64,000 nt of DNA, from the NCBI GenBank assembly GCA_964348835.1, contig CAYGEA010000001.1, forward strand, positions 5,201-69,200, in the 5' to 3' direction. A program made the position numbers and the translations under genes. The stretch comes from an uncultured Bdellovibrionales bacterium. GTDB taxonomy: Bacteria; Patescibacteriota; Minisyncoccia; Moranbacterales; UBA1568. This document shows, piece by piece, positions 56,852 to 64,000 of this stretch (within the stretch, counting starts at the first letter, position 1; the number at the start of each line of letters is the position of its first letter). Below the pieces are notes generated by a model, which did no database searches, had not been told where the DNA came from, and saw nothing but the letters and a program-made list of their open reading frames with translations.

Positions 56852-57292
56852 CTATACAAGAGTACCACGTACTTGTGCTCGACGACTAGGCGCCCGATTT
56901 GGTCTCCCCCTCCCTTTATTGAGGGCAGCAAAAGTCGATGTTAGTGCATCACAGTTGGGACACAATAGACGTAAGTTACCCTCTTTATTATTAAACCAAT
57001 CACCATCAATATGATCAGCCACTAGTGGCACGACATCTGTATACTGATTAACTTGAGACCACCCACATAGGCAACATTTATTACCAAACTTTCGCCGTAG
57101 ATAACGTTTTATGTGTTTGGAAACAACACCTATATTCCTCAAGCCTGTCACCATACCTGATTTCCACTGCTTGATGAAAGTCTTGTGCTGATACTCCTGC
57201 TGACACACATTACTGCAGTATTTATACCGAACGCGAGCGACTACTTTATAACATACAGGACAGCTTGGATGCACTTTTTTTAGTATTGACAT
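56852..57292 (-). CDS. HNH endonuclease (Zn-finger plus HNH nuclease motif)
   Basis: Contains CPVC...C..C, HIDGDWFNNKEGNLRLLCPNCD (the H-N-N/H motif) and CLCGW. 146 aa. The local sequence is AT-rich. The gene lies directly upstream of tRNA-Thr on the same strand. Confidence 0.75.
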   Translation of the reverse strand: MSILKKVHPSCPVCYKVVARVRYKYCSNVCQQEYQHKTFIKQWKSGMVTGLRNIGVVSKHIKRYLRRKFGNKCCLCGWSQVNQYTDVVPLVADHIDGDWFNNKEGNLRLLCPNCDALTSTFAALNKGRGRPNRAPSRRAQVRGTLV

Positions 57293-57455
57293 AACCCTAT
57301 TTTATCAAACAGTCGACCAATGTGCAACTTCTCGGTGGTTGTCTTGATGCAGCAAAACGTCCTTGAGTCAGCCATCAATTCCCTGCCCGCCTTGGGAGAG
57401 GATTCTGGAAGGTGGCTCCATAGTTTAGGTTCTCCAACTTTTCAATTGTGCAGAG

Positions 57456-58250
57456 CTAACTTTTCAAAACTCGCTTCGTCTCTCCATCAACGGAAAAGAA
57501 CTCGATAATTTTCATATTGTTCTTTTCAACAAAAACGACAATGAGGTTGAGCAACAAAGCAAGCAAGACAAGGTATGCGCCTCCGGCGAATACCGATGGG
57601 ATGTCATACAACGAACCCGAGCGAATCATAAAATGTCCGAGTCCTTGGTTTGAGGAGATAAATTCTCCGATGAACGCACCGAGAAGAGCGAAACCGACAT
57701 TGAGTTTCATTGAGGCGAGAACCCAAGAAAGCGAGGACGGAAAAATGACTTTTTGGAAAATCTGAAAGCGCGTTGCGCCGAAGATTTTCAAAAGCCGAAA
57801 TTCCTCAATATCAACACTTTTCGCTCCCTCGTATGCTTGGGTAAGAGCGACAAGAAAAGCACCAAGTGTCGCCATCGCGATTTTCATACTCAAGCCAATA
57901 CCGAACCAAACAATAACCATAGGGGCAAAGGCAAATATCGGGATTGCACCAAAAATCACGATGTATGGCCTAAAAATACGCGCTACAAGCGGCGAATACC
58001 AAAGAACGAACCCTGTTATAGTTCCGAAGATTACGCCGAGGACAAAGCCCGTTAATGCCTCAAAACCAGTTATGAAAAAGTCGCCTACGAGAAGTCCACT
58101 TGCGGTATTTTGAACAAGCGAAGCCCAAATTTCCGAAGGTGAGCCAAAAAGAAAATTAAATCGTGGAAATTGAGTAGCAAACACTTGCCACACTGCAAGT
58201 ATGAAAACAAAAAGTAAAAACGGTGAGATTTTGTAAAGTAAGTTTTTCAT
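57456..58250 (-). CDS. ABC transporter permease, NitT/TauT (SsuC/TauC-like) family
   Basis: Six TM helices. Start ATG 58250 overlaps the upstream ATPase stop (ATGA). Confidence 0.7.
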   Translation of the reverse strand: MKNLLYKISPFLLFVFILAVWQVFATQFPRFNFLFGSPSEIWASLVQNTASGLLVGDFFITGFEALTGFVLGVIFGTITGFVLWYSPLVARIFRPYIVIFGAIPIFAFAPMVIVWFGIGLSMKIAMATLGAFLVALTQAYEGAKSVDIEEFRLLKIFGATRFQIFQKVIFPSSLSWVLASMKLNVGFALLGAFIGEFISSNQGLGHFMIRSGSLYDIPSVFAGGAYLVLLALLLNLIVVFVEKNNMKIIEFFSVDGETKRVLKS

Positions 58251-59032
58251 ACTTGTTTGCTCATCAATTTCCATATCCGCTCAAAAAGTTCTTGAAAATC
58301 TTTACTCTTTCGTACATTGACTGGATCGCGGTATTCATCGGGAATATTGATATTCGTTTCATAAATAATTTTTGCCGGTCTTTCACTGAACACAACAAGT
58401 TTATCGGATACTGCGATTGCTTCCTCGATATTGTGCGTAACAAAAATGGCGACTTTTTGAGAGGATACAATATACGAACGAATTTCTTTCATCAACTGCA
58501 GGCGTGCGTCAAAATCTATCGCCGAAAAGGGTTCGTCAAAAAGCACAATATCGGAATCTTGAAGCAAGGTTCGTATAAGAGAAACTTTCTGCCTCATTCC
58601 GCCAGAAATTTCTGCCGGATAAGATTTTTCAAACTGCGCCAACCCGTTCTTTTGTAATAAATTTCTTGCTTCAACAACAGAAGTTTTAAGACTTTTCTTC
58701 TGTATTTCAGCAGGAAGCAAAATATTACCTAAGAGCGTTCGCCACGGCAGAAGCAAGTCCTTTTGCGGAACATATCCGACGGAACCCTGTACAGAAATTT
58801 CTCCGGTTGTTGTCTTTTCAAGACCGCTAATGATATTGAGAAGTGTTGTTTTTCCCGAACCGCTTCTGCCGACAATAGCAAGAATTTCACCAGCCTTTAC
58901 ATCAAGCGAAATATTTTCTAATACCGACAATTCCCCTCCGTTGGAGGGAAATTGTTTTGATATATTTTCAGTTTTTATCGAAGCAATACTACTTTGCTCG
59001 CTCCGAGAAGTTGGTAATGACATAGTTTTCAT
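58247..59032 (-). CDS. ABC transporter ATP-binding protein, NitT/TauT (SsuB/TauB-like) family
   Basis: Walker A GRSGSGKTT, signature ISGGMRQKVSLIRTL, Walker B IVLFDEPFSAID. Confidence 0.8.
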   Translation of the reverse strand: MKTMSLPTSRSEQSSIASIKTENISKQFPSNGGELSVLENISLDVKAGEILAIVGRSGSGKTTLLNIISGLEKTTTGEISVQGSVGYVPQKDLLLPWRTLLGNILLPAEIQKKSLKTSVVEARNLLQKNGLAQFEKSYPAEISGGMRQKVSLIRTLLQDSDIVLFDEPFSAIDFDARLQLMKEIRSYIVSSQKVAIFVTHNIEEAIAVSDKLVVFSERPAKIIYETNINIPDEYRDPVNVRKSKDFQELFERIWKLMSKQV

Positions 59033-59969
59033 AAGGTGCGGCGGATTTCAGGTCGCCTACATCCAAACGCGCTTGGATAGCGGCTTCCCAACCGGCCTTA
59101 GTGATAACTGTATCACTCGGAAACACTCCTGCCTTTATCATATTTTGAACAGCGTTCTCGGCAATATCTTTTGGTACATCAGGGAATTTTGTAATGAGGA
59201 AGTCGGCTACTTCGTTTGGATGTTGACGAATATATGCCATCGCCGTTTGAAGCGCGTTTACCGCTTTCTGTATCGTTTCTGGATTTTTCTCAACATAACT
59301 TGGCAATGCTGTCATACCTGTAAGTGCAAATTCGGGATAATAGTCGTTGAGCGAGTAAACAATATGGTCGCCGTTTTTTACCGCCGTTGATACATTCGGC
59401 TCTAACTCCAAGGCGATGTCTACTGCTCCCGTATCAAGAGCCACGAGCAAAGAACCGAATGCCGTTTCCTTGATGTTTGGTTTTACGTTTCCAGTTTGAA
59501 ACATTTTTTTCTGCAACACATAAGCGGTTGATGGTGATGGAAAAGTTGCAACACTGTATCCATTCAAACCAGTAGGATTTGTAATTGTTCCGATACTTGC
59601 TTTCTTTGCAACACCCCAAAAAGGAACGCCCCGAAGCACGGCGGCAACAACTTTTCCAGGTTGACCCTTTTCGCCGGAAACGGCGACAAAGGTTGGGTCA
59701 CCTACGGCGAATTGGGCTTCGCCACTCAAAAGCGCGGCAAATGCTTTTTCGTCGCCACCAGCCGTTGTAATATTTACATCAAGACCTTCGTCCTTAAAAA
59801 ATCCTTTTTCTTGAGCAACGTACAGAGGCGCATACAAAAATACTTCAAACGCTTGCGCGATTGTGATTTTTTTTAAAGTTTGTGGTTGTTGTGTAGTTTG
59901 CTGATTAGCAAGGAATCCAGTAATTGCCAATACAATAACCAAAATAATACCAATGATTATTTTATTCAT
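58989..59969 (-). CDS. ABC transporter substrate-binding protein (NMT1/THI5 or SsuA-like)
   Basis: N-terminal signal/TM (MNKIIIGIILVIVLAITGFLA), a periplasmic-binding-protein fold, and operon context with the SsuBC-like genes. Confidence 0.65.
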   Translation of the reverse strand: MNKIIIGIILVIVLAITGFLANQQTTQQPQTLKKITIAQAFEVFLYAPLYVAQEKGFFKDEGLDVNITTAGGDEKAFAALLSGEAQFAVGDPTFVAVSGEKGQPGKVVAAVLRGVPFWGVAKKASIGTITNPTGLNGYSVATFPSPSTAYVLQKKMFQTGNVKPNIKETAFGSLLVALDTGAVDIALELEPNVSTAVKNGDHIVYSLNDYYPEFALTGMTALPSYVEKNPETIQKAVNALQTAMAYIRQHPNEVADFLITKFPDVPKDIAENAVQNMIKAGVFPSDTVITKAGWEAAIQARLDVGDLKSAAPYENYVITNFSERAK

Positions 59970-60057
59970 AATGGCTCTATACCAATTATTATTTATGGTT
60001 TCATAATACCAAAATCTTTCATCTTGAACAAATCAGACAAAGGAAGTGTCAGCATCC

Positions 60058-61104
60058 TCACTTCGTAAGTTCCGCATCGATCGCCTGTTTCAACGACTCG
60101 TAGCCCACGGCACCCGGCAGAAAAGTTCCATTGACGAAAGTGCCTGGCGTACCGCTGATGGTGAAACCCTCCGCCTCCGCCATATCCGCGTTCATCTTGT
60201 CCTGATATTTTTTGGTATCGAGACACTGGGTAAACTGACGTCCGTTCAAACCGAGACGCCACGCATAGTCTTTGAATTTCTGCGTACCGGCGGTTTTGCT
60301 CCATTCGTCTTGCTTGGCAAACAGATTGTCCGCGTACGCCTGAAATTTCCCCTGCTCATTGGCACAACTCCCCGCGAGCGCGGCGTTCTGTGCCTGCGGA
60401 TGAAATGAAAGTGGCAGGTGCTTATAGACGAAGAGGATCTTGCCCTCGTATTCTTTGAGCGCCTTGTTCACGTCCGCCTGAAACACCTTGCAGTACGGGC
60501 ACTGGAAATCAGCATATTCGATAATTTTCACCGACGCATCCTTGGGACCGACAGTGATATCCGTATCATCTATTTTTGGAAGCGTGAGATATTTGCCCAC
60601 CGGCAAACCTATCTTCCCCATATCAAAGAAATACCGTCCGCCTGCCGCTTCGAACAGACTCGATGCCTGAGCATAGAAATGACTCTCCGCTACGTTTCCA
60701 GAGAAAATAAAGGCCGGGAGGGAGGTGACTTGGAAACGCTCGATCAAAAGTTTGCCGGTATCGGAGCCACTTTCAATCGGCATCGCTTCGAGCGTCGGCA
60801 GCACCCGTCTCAACCATACGAGCGCCTCACTCGGATCACAAGCCTCGCACTCTTTATCAGTCACGATCTGTACGGTCACTTTCGGATCATCATACGCCAC
60901 CCAGGTTTTTCCACCCGCCTCCAAAAGCGCGTGCGTCTTGACCGCCTGAGAGGAGAATCCCCGACCCAGAGCCAGCTGAACGAAATCCACGAACAAGCTC
61001 CCCGCAAACAATCCGGCGAGAATAATGATGATAGCGGAAAGATCCTTCACCTTTTTCTTGTCTGCCATCTGGCGCTGATCCTGTTCTTGAGAAAAAATTT
61101 CCAT
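60058..61104 (-). CDS. DsbA-family thiol:disulfide oxidoreductase with N-terminal TM anchor and two thioredoxin-like segments
   Basis: Contains CEAC (in KECEACDP) and the DsbA-type active site FQCPYCKVFQ. TM segment LSAIIIILAGLFAGSLF. Confidence 0.7.
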   Translation of the reverse strand: MEIFSQEQDQRQMADKKKVKDLSAIIIILAGLFAGSLFVDFVQLALGRGFSSQAVKTHALLEAGGKTWVAYDDPKVTVQIVTDKECEACDPSEALVWLRRVLPTLEAMPIESGSDTGKLLIERFQVTSLPAFIFSGNVAESHFYAQASSLFEAAGGRYFFDMGKIGLPVGKYLTLPKIDDTDITVGPKDASVKIIEYADFQCPYCKVFQADVNKALKEYEGKILFVYKHLPLSFHPQAQNAALAGSCANEQGKFQAYADNLFAKQDEWSKTAGTQKFKDYAWRLGLNGRQFTQCLDTKKYQDKMNADMAEAEGFTISGTPGTFVNGTFLPGAVGYESLKQAIDAELTK

Positions 61105-61132
61105 ACGGTTGTCCGTCCAAAAAAATTATGAG

Positions 61133-61531
61133 TTACTGCGCGCAGGACCGGGCGTTAGCATTTTTGTCACGGAGACTCGTACCGCCCGCATCAATCAGCT
61201 TCTGTTCCAAAGCGTTCAAATCATACGGCGTTTCTGCCGATGCCAGCGTATAGTCCTCGAAGCCGATAGTCACGGTTTGTACCGCCACCGCTTTGGCACC
61301 TCCTCCGATGACGGCTGCCACGATGAAAAGTGCGATGAGGTCATACCTCGTATACTCGCGCCGGAGAATAATGCGTTCATACGTCACGGTGAGAAAAACC
61401 CGCGTGTCTTCTCGTGCGGTACTCTGACGCAACCGGTGCGTCACCCGCGCATACGTGCAGTGGATATACGCCGCACACTGAACGCTGAAAACCTTGAATT
61501 TCGTCTTGAAAAAATCCGTATTCATTTCCAT
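61133..61531 (-). CDS. Hypothetical single-TM protein upstream of dsbA-like gene
   Basis: 132 aa. Hydrophobic helix LIALFIVAAVIGGGAKAVAV. Has C-x5-C rather than the C-x-x-C of VKOR. Coding status is uncertain because an alternative plus-strand ORF overlaps. Confidence 0.3.
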   Translation of the reverse strand: MEMNTDFFKTKFKVFSVQCAAYIHCTYARVTHRLRQSTAREDTRVFLTVTYERIILRREYTRYDLIALFIVAAVIGGGAKAVAVQTVTIGFEDYTLASAETPYDLNALEQKLIDAGGTSLRDKNANARSCAQ

Positions 61532-61677
61532 AGGACTGCTCTTTTTCAGTGAAAATCGTTTAAAAAGACATCATAGCAAAGTAGCACAAAGCCTTTTCCA
61601 GCGCAAGAAAGCCTCGTGCCAAAAAAGAAAGCGCATTCTGAGCAAGAAAGTGCGCCAGTAGAGAAAAAGAAAGGTCA

Positions 61678-62067
61678 TCAGAGACGCGTAATGTCATCCA
61701 AAACAGCGTCCAGAGCATCAAGACTTTTACTTCCGAGGCCGTCAGCCTTGCAGGATGGATTGGCGAGTTCACGGCGGACCTGTTCCACCACGGTAAAGGG
61801 CCGTACGCCTTTCAAGATGTTGTCGTTGAGGGCGATATTGGGTCCCGCCTTGCAATACCCGAAACACTCGTAGACCGGCAGTATCAGCGCCTCTTCTTTC
61901 GTCAAACCTTCTTTGAGATTCGCGAAAATCTCCGCCCCTCCTTTCTGGAGGCACTTGGTATTCAGGCACACCTTGATCGTCGCCTGCCCGCCAGCATCGT
62001 CTCGCGTAGCGTTTGGGGCAGGTCCGCTTCTTTGTTTCTCCGAATGAGATGTATGTATTGTTTTCAT
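61678..62067 (-). CDS. Thioredoxin-like [2Fe-2S] ferredoxin (NuoE/HoxF-like fold)
   Basis: Has the four-Cys pattern C(x4)C...C(x3)C (VCLNTKCLQKGG ... YECFGYCKAGPN). 129 aa. Confidence 0.65.
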   Translation of the reverse strand: MKTIHTSHSEKQRSGPAPNATRDDAGGQATIKVCLNTKCLQKGGAEIFANLKEGLTKEEALILPVYECFGYCKAGPNIALNDNILKGVRPFTVVEQVRRELANPSCKADGLGSKSLDALDAVLDDITRL

Positions 62068-62214
62068 AAGTGTCAGTAGAGTATATCCGTGATAGAGAGA
62101 AACATCAAGGAAAGAGAGCTCGGGTTTCCCTGTTTCAGCAGAGAGGAGTATACTGTAGATACAGGGTAAATCTTAACTCTACACCATTGTGGTTCTACCT
62201 CGTTTTTTGAGAGT

Positions 62215-62601
62215 ATGGTTTGTTTAAACATTAATCTCAAACGTATGGACGCAATGTCATCAGGCAGCACCAAGCCGCTCTATCGCGGCACACAAGTAGT
62301 CTGGTATATTCTCGGTCTTGTAGAAATACTCCTCGCCTTTCGCTTGGTACTGAAGTTGCTCGGCGCCAATGCCGGTGCCGGATTCACCAGCTTCATCTAT
62401 ACCGTCACCGGACCGTTTACCGCGCCGTTTATTTCAGTCTTTCGCGTGTCAAAAGCGCAGGGCAGTGTTTTTGAATGGACGACCATCCTCGCGATGTTTG
62501 TCTACTGGGTCATCGCATGGGGAATCATCAAGCTCCTCGTTATGGGCAAGACCGTCTCCACCCCTGAGGCAGCCGTGAAACTGGATCAACAAGATCAGTA
62601 A
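62215..62601 (+). CDS. YggT-family membrane protein
   Basis: Contains VVWYILGLVEILLAFRLVLKLLGAN...FTSFIYTVTGPFTAPF. The start may be the internal ATG at 62245. Confidence 0.5.
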   Translation: MVCLNINLKRMDAMSSGSTKPLYRGTQVVWYILGLVEILLAFRLVLKLLGANAGAGFTSFIYTVTGPFTAPFISVFRVSKAQGSVFEWTTILAMFVYWVIAWGIIKLLVMGKTVSTPEAAVKLDQQDQ

Positions 62602-62628
62602 ACCTCATTCTTAACCAAACTCATTACT

Positions 62629-62862
62629 ATGGCAACTATTATTAACAATCCCCCATCGAGTCAATCCCCCGCTCCATCTGATGGCGGAAGTGGAATGATG
62701 GGAATCCTCGTAGGCGTCGTTCTTGTCGTAGTGGTCATTTTCCTCTTCGTTGCATACGGACTGCCTGCTATGCGGGGAACTCAAAACACAAATAGCGACG
62801 ACGCGGGAACGACCGTCAATATTCCCGTTCCTGAGAAAATTGATGTCAATATCAAAAAGTAG
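62629..62862 (+). CDS. Small single-TM hypothetical protein
   Basis: 77 aa. Ser/Pro-rich N-terminus, then TM GILVGVVLVVVVIFLFVAYGL. Confidence 0.4.
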   Translation: MATIINNPPSSQSPAPSDGGSGMMGILVGVVLVVVVIFLFVAYGLPAMRGTQNTNSDDAGTTVNIPVPEKIDVNIKK

Positions 62863-62910
62863 CTTATTGAAAGTTTGGGTATAATATACATTTATATTAA
62901 TTGTAAACAT

Positions 62911-63156
62911 ATGGGTGTCTTAATTTGGATTATTTTCGGAGGTCTCGTCGGCTGGGTCGCATCTCTCTTGATGCACACCGATAGCCAGCAAGGCATCCTT
63001 CTGAATGTCATCGTCGGTATCGTCGGTGCCGTCATCGGCGGTTGGATTATGACGTTCTTCGGTCAGTCCGGCGTTTCAGGTTTTAATCTCTACAGTTTCG
63101 TCGTAGCACTCATAGGGGCAGTTGTCCTTATTTATGTCGTCAAAGCTTTGCGCTAA
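62911..63156 (+). CDS. GlsB/YeaQ/YmgE-family (transglycosylase-associated) stress membrane protein
   Basis: MGVLIWIIFGGLVGWVASLLM...ILLNVIVGIVGAVIGGWIM is the family signature. ATG at 62911. Confidence 0.75.
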   Translation: MGVLIWIIFGGLVGWVASLLMHTDSQQGILLNVIVGIVGAVIGGWIMTFFGQSGVSGFNLYSFVVALIGAVVLIYVVKALR

Positions 63157-63175
63157 AGCCATACAGCGCAGTAAA

Positions 63176-63206
63176 AAAAGCTCTCTCGTGAGAGCTTTTT
63201 CTTTTT
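63176..63206. terminator. Bidirectional rho-independent terminator
   Basis: AAAAAGCTCTCtcgtGAGAGCTTTTTCTTTTT lies between convergent genes. Confidence 0.7.
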
Positions 63207-63231
63207 CCCTATTCATCTCCGTGTTCCATCG

Positions 63232-63813
63232 CTACCCCTTTTCCGTGGTCCACAGTGTCTCTAATAACGCCTCTCTCCCCTCGCCCGTCTTGGCAGAGTA
63301 CCGTACCAGCGAACAGTCTGGGAATTCTTTACGCAGGGTCTCTATATTTCTGGTCATATCGTTGCGTCCGCCCTTATCCGCCTTGTTGGCAACGATGATG
63401 ATGTTTCGTCCGTACTCCCGAAGCAACGCGAATGTCTGCCGGTCCGAGTCCTTGGCACCGATGGAGGCATCGACGATCAGCACGGCAGCAAGGAATTCCA
63501 CCTCGTCTGTTCCGGCGTACCAAGACAGATGCTTTTCCAGTTTCGCGCGCACCGCTGGTGGACGGTTGGCATAGCCGTACCCGGGCAGATCGACGAGATA
63601 CCATTCATCATTGATGAGAAAATAATTGATTTCCGTGGTACGCCCAGCCGTGGAACTCGCACGAGCCATATCCTTATGCCGTACCAGCGAATTGATGACG
63701 CTGGACTTGCCCACGTTGGAGCGCCCAAAAAAAGCCACTACCGGGAGAGAAGGCTGTGGCAAGCCCTCCGATCCGATCACTCCTTTCACAAATTGTACCG
63801 TGCGTATCTCCAT
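63232..63813 (-). CDS. engB: Ribosome-biogenesis GTPase YihA/EngB
   Basis: G1 motif GRSNVGKSSVINSL and G3 motif DLPGYGYA. 193 aa. Confidence 0.85.
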   Translation of the reverse strand: MEIRTVQFVKGVIGSEGLPQPSLPVVAFFGRSNVGKSSVINSLVRHKDMARASSTAGRTTEINYFLINDEWYLVDLPGYGYANRPPAVRAKLEKHLSWYAGTDEVEFLAAVLIVDASIGAKDSDRQTFALLREYGRNIIIVANKADKGGRNDMTRNIETLRKEFPDCSLVRYSAKTGEGREALLETLWTTEKG

Positions 63814-64000
63814 AATGATACCTCTTCATACCACGAATACAAGGAGATGTAAACCCCTCTATCTTGACATTCCCCTCTCTCGGTGCTTAATTGAGAACAG
63901 GAGAACACTATCGTTCGTTAACAAACGAAAAGAAGGAACGAGATAATGACCTATATCGTTCAGCAATGCTCGCATAGAGATATAAAAGTTGCCGATATTC

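Noticed and set aside
56653-56931. 92-aa minus-strand ORF
   Set aside because: It overlaps the manually folded tRNA-Thr (56733..56808) and is therefore spurious.
61133-61531. Idea that the small membrane protein upstream of dsbA-like is a VKOR homologue
   Set aside because: It has only one hydrophobic helix and a C-x5-C spacing instead of the VKOR/DsbB C-x-x-C. Not supportable.
61109-61552. 147-aa plus-strand ORF, versus the minus-strand 132-aa ORF at the same place
   Set aside because: The plus-strand product is Arg/Cys-rich and low-complexity with no TM segment or motif. The minus-strand version has a credible TM helix and is co-oriented with its neighbours, so I kept it at low confidence.
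1-64000. CRISPR array, rRNA genes or large transposon/IS elements
   Set aside because: I scanned for regularly spaced direct repeats of 25-40 nt, for rRNA-like conserved stretches, and for transposase-like ORFs. None were found. The only short tandem and direct repeats are the heptamer tracts, the 165-bp palindrome and the 33-bp kinase-flanking repeats, all reported separately.

Overview
The window reads as a 64-kb bacterial chromosomal segment of about 50% GC with a patchwork of AT-rich islets. No rRNA or CRISPR array was seen.

(1) Positions 1-31.7 kb form one very large cell-envelope glycosylation locus. It holds five paralogous GT-C-fold (GT39/GT83, ArnT/PMT-like) membrane glycosyltransferases, one of them truncated by the window edge. 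It also holds four GT4 and two or three GT2 enzymes, including a polyprenol-phosphate sugar synthase; a Wzx-type flippase; an O-antigen-ligase-like protein; an LCP-family protein; a nucleotide-sugar dehydrogenase; a flotillin; a secreted beta-helix/CapA-like fusion protein; and an embedded RtcB RNA ligase plus a Tmk-like kinase.

(2) Positions 31.7-45 kb are housekeeping: an orphan groES with a CIRCE-like promoter, rhodanese-like, fmt, def, priA, thpR, tagA-like, gltX, an M23 peptidase and dxr.

(3) Positions 45-53.7 kb look accessory. They contain an AT-rich islet with an AAA+ (Arch_ATPase/STAND-like) ATPase and an unknown partner; a GGDEF cyclase; an Fe-S PD-(D/E)XK (Cas4/RecB-like) nuclease with a small partner; a frameshifted ABC exporter; and a second AT-rich islet of three small hydrolase/NTPase genes abutting tRNA-Gln, with direct repeats flanking one gene.

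(4) Positions 53.8-64 kb carry ftsX, ftsE and prfB (with its programmed +1 frameshift site), tRNA-Thr with an adjacent HNH endonuclease, an SsuABC-like ABC transporter, a DsbA-like protein, a 2Fe-2S ferredoxin-like protein, small membrane proteins and engB.

The hunt highlights are the ATPase plus unknown-partner islet, a roughly 165-bp nested palindrome upstream of groES, heptanucleotide repeats inside two glycosyltransferase genes, repeat-flanked genes next to tRNA-Gln, and a perfect 24-bp palindromic operator.
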